From the IMG/VR virus record IMGVR_UViG_2700989508_000025: 36,472 nt of DNA. One strand, written 5' to 3'. Below, piece after piece: positions 35,495 through 36,472 of the stretch; the first letter of the stretch is position 1; the number at the start of each line of letters is the position of its first letter. The DNA comes from a virus. Lineage: Duplodnaviria > Heunggongvirae > Uroviricota > Caudoviricetes. The notes below the pieces were generated by a model, which ran no database searches, had not been told where the DNA came from, and worked only from the letters and a program-made list of their open reading frames with translations. Position numbers and translations under genes: made by a program.

Positions 35495-36472
35495 ATGAGC
35501 ATAAAATCAATTCCGGGAGGGTATCTTCTTGACATGCGCCCTGAGGGGCGTAAAGGCAAACGCATTCGCAAAAAATTTAAAACGAAATCGGATGCAGTTT
35601 TATATGAGCGGTGGGTGCTGGCGCAACAGCATAACAATGAGTGGAAAGGAAACTCTATTGATCGCCGTCCTCTGTCAGTGCTTATTGACTTGTGGTGGAA
35701 ATACCACGGCCAGCTAATGAAGTCAGGGCATAACACGCGCCTTAAATTGCTGCGCTTGAGTGAAGCAATGGATGACCCGTGCGTGCATAAACTTAATACA
35801 ACGATGCTCACCGAGCTACGTGTGTCCAGGATAGAGCAGGGGATACAGCCCAGCACCATAAATCGAGAGATTGGGGCGTTAAGCGCGATGTTTACCGCAC
35901 TCATCTCATCCGGCCATTTTCTTAACGATAACCCCGTTCAAGGCCTTAAAGGAATGAAGGTTAACGAGCGCGAAATGGGATATCTGAGTAAGTCTGAATG
36001 TGTTCAGTTGCTGGATGCACTGGCTGAAAATCCCGATGAACGACTGGCTGTCGAAATCCTTCTGTCGACCGGGGCGCGATGGGGAGAGGTAGCGGCACTG
36101 GAGCAGCGCCGTGTTCTTCATTGTCGAATCACTTTTTCAAAAACAAAGAACAGTAAAAACCGTACCGTCCCAATCTCCGAAGATTTGTTTGAAAAGATCA
36201 AAAAACGGGGCGGGAAACAGGTGTTTCCGACGCTGGATTATCCATTGGTTCGCGATGTCATCAAAACGGTCGCACCTGATGTTCCTGATGGCCAGGCTGT
36301 TCATGCGCTGCGCCACACCTTCGCCAGTCATTTCATGATGAACGGCGGCAATATTCTGACGCTCCAGAAAATTCTGGGGCACGCAAAGATTCAGACAACA
36401 ATGATTTATGCCCATCTTGCGCCGGATTACCTGCAGGATGCGGTGAGATTTAATCCGCTAGGAGGTGCTTAA
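35495..36472 (+). CDS. int: Tyrosine integrase (P2 Int-like)
   Basis: Track ORF trimmed to MSIKSIPGGYLLDMRPEGRKGKRIRKKFKTKSDA, which parallels the P2 Int N-terminus. C-terminal catalytic region HALRHTFASHFMMNGGNILTLQKILGHAKIQTTMIYAHL carries the R...HxxR...Y signature. Stop codon is the last triplet of the window. Confidence 0.9.
   Translation: MSIKSIPGGYLLDMRPEGRKGKRIRKKFKTKSDAVLYERWVLAQQHNNEWKGNSIDRRPLSVLIDLWWKYHGQLMKSGHNTRLKLLRLSEAMDDPCVHKLNTTMLTELRVSRIEQGIQPSTINREIGALSAMFTALISSGHFLNDNPVQGLKGMKVNEREMGYLSKSECVQLLDALAENPDERLAVEILLSTGARWGEVAALEQRRVLHCRITFSKTKNSKNRTVPISEDLFEKIKKRGGKQVFPTLDYPLVRDVIKTVAPDVPDGQAVHALRHTFASHFMMNGGNILTLQKILGHAKIQTTMIYAHLAPDYLQDAVRFNPLGGA

Larger units (their letters stand above)
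332..36472. mobile_element. P2-like (Peduovirus-type) prophage or phage genome, ogr to int, with cargo insertions
   Basis: Co-linear set of P2 homologues recognised from the translations (Ogr, D, FI, FII, E, T, U, G, H, I, J, W, V, S, R, X, L, M, N, O, P, Q, A, Cox-like, C, Int). Attachment sites not identified; the right boundary may lie beyond the window end. Confidence 0.85.

Noticed and set aside
1-36472. CRISPR arrays, rRNA or tRNA genes, insertion sequences or transposases
   Set aside because: No regularly spaced short repeats with unique spacers, no rRNA- or tRNA-like sequence, and no transposase-like ORF were seen anywhere in the window.

Overview
The window is essentially one complete P2-like (Peduovirus-type) temperate phage genome or prophage of an enterobacterium, running from the late activator ogr (332..592, minus) to the integrase (35495..36472, plus). 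All gene calls rest on reading the supplied translations and the DNA by eye; no database search or computation was run. Recognisable P2 modules are present: terminase/portal P-Q, capsid O-N-M-L, X, a lysis cassette (holin, M15-peptidase endolysin, embedded LysB/LysC spanins), R-S, baseplate V-W-J-I, tail fibre H-G, sheath/tube FI-FII, E/E' with a T6G slippery site, tape measure T, U, D, rolling-circle replication protein A, a Cox-like/C repressor switch, and int. Three things stand out. (1) An AT-rich four-gene cassette between D and ogr encodes two radical-SAM/SPASM enzymes and a secreted His-Xaa-Ser repeat protein with a C-terminal peptidoglycan-binding domain (hxsDBCA-like); this is the best candidate for an uncharacterised system. 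(2) A ParM/ParR actin-type partition cassette sits at the tin/old cargo position beside tandem hairpin repeats, and a Hok/Mok-like toxin locus flanks the element, so two plasmid-type stability modules accompany the phage. (3) The FI-FII-E-T-U block is inverted relative to canonical P2 synteny, and a hexapeptide acetyltransferase with its own sigma70-like promoter and terminator occupies the Z/fun position. No rRNA, tRNA or CRISPR array was recognised.
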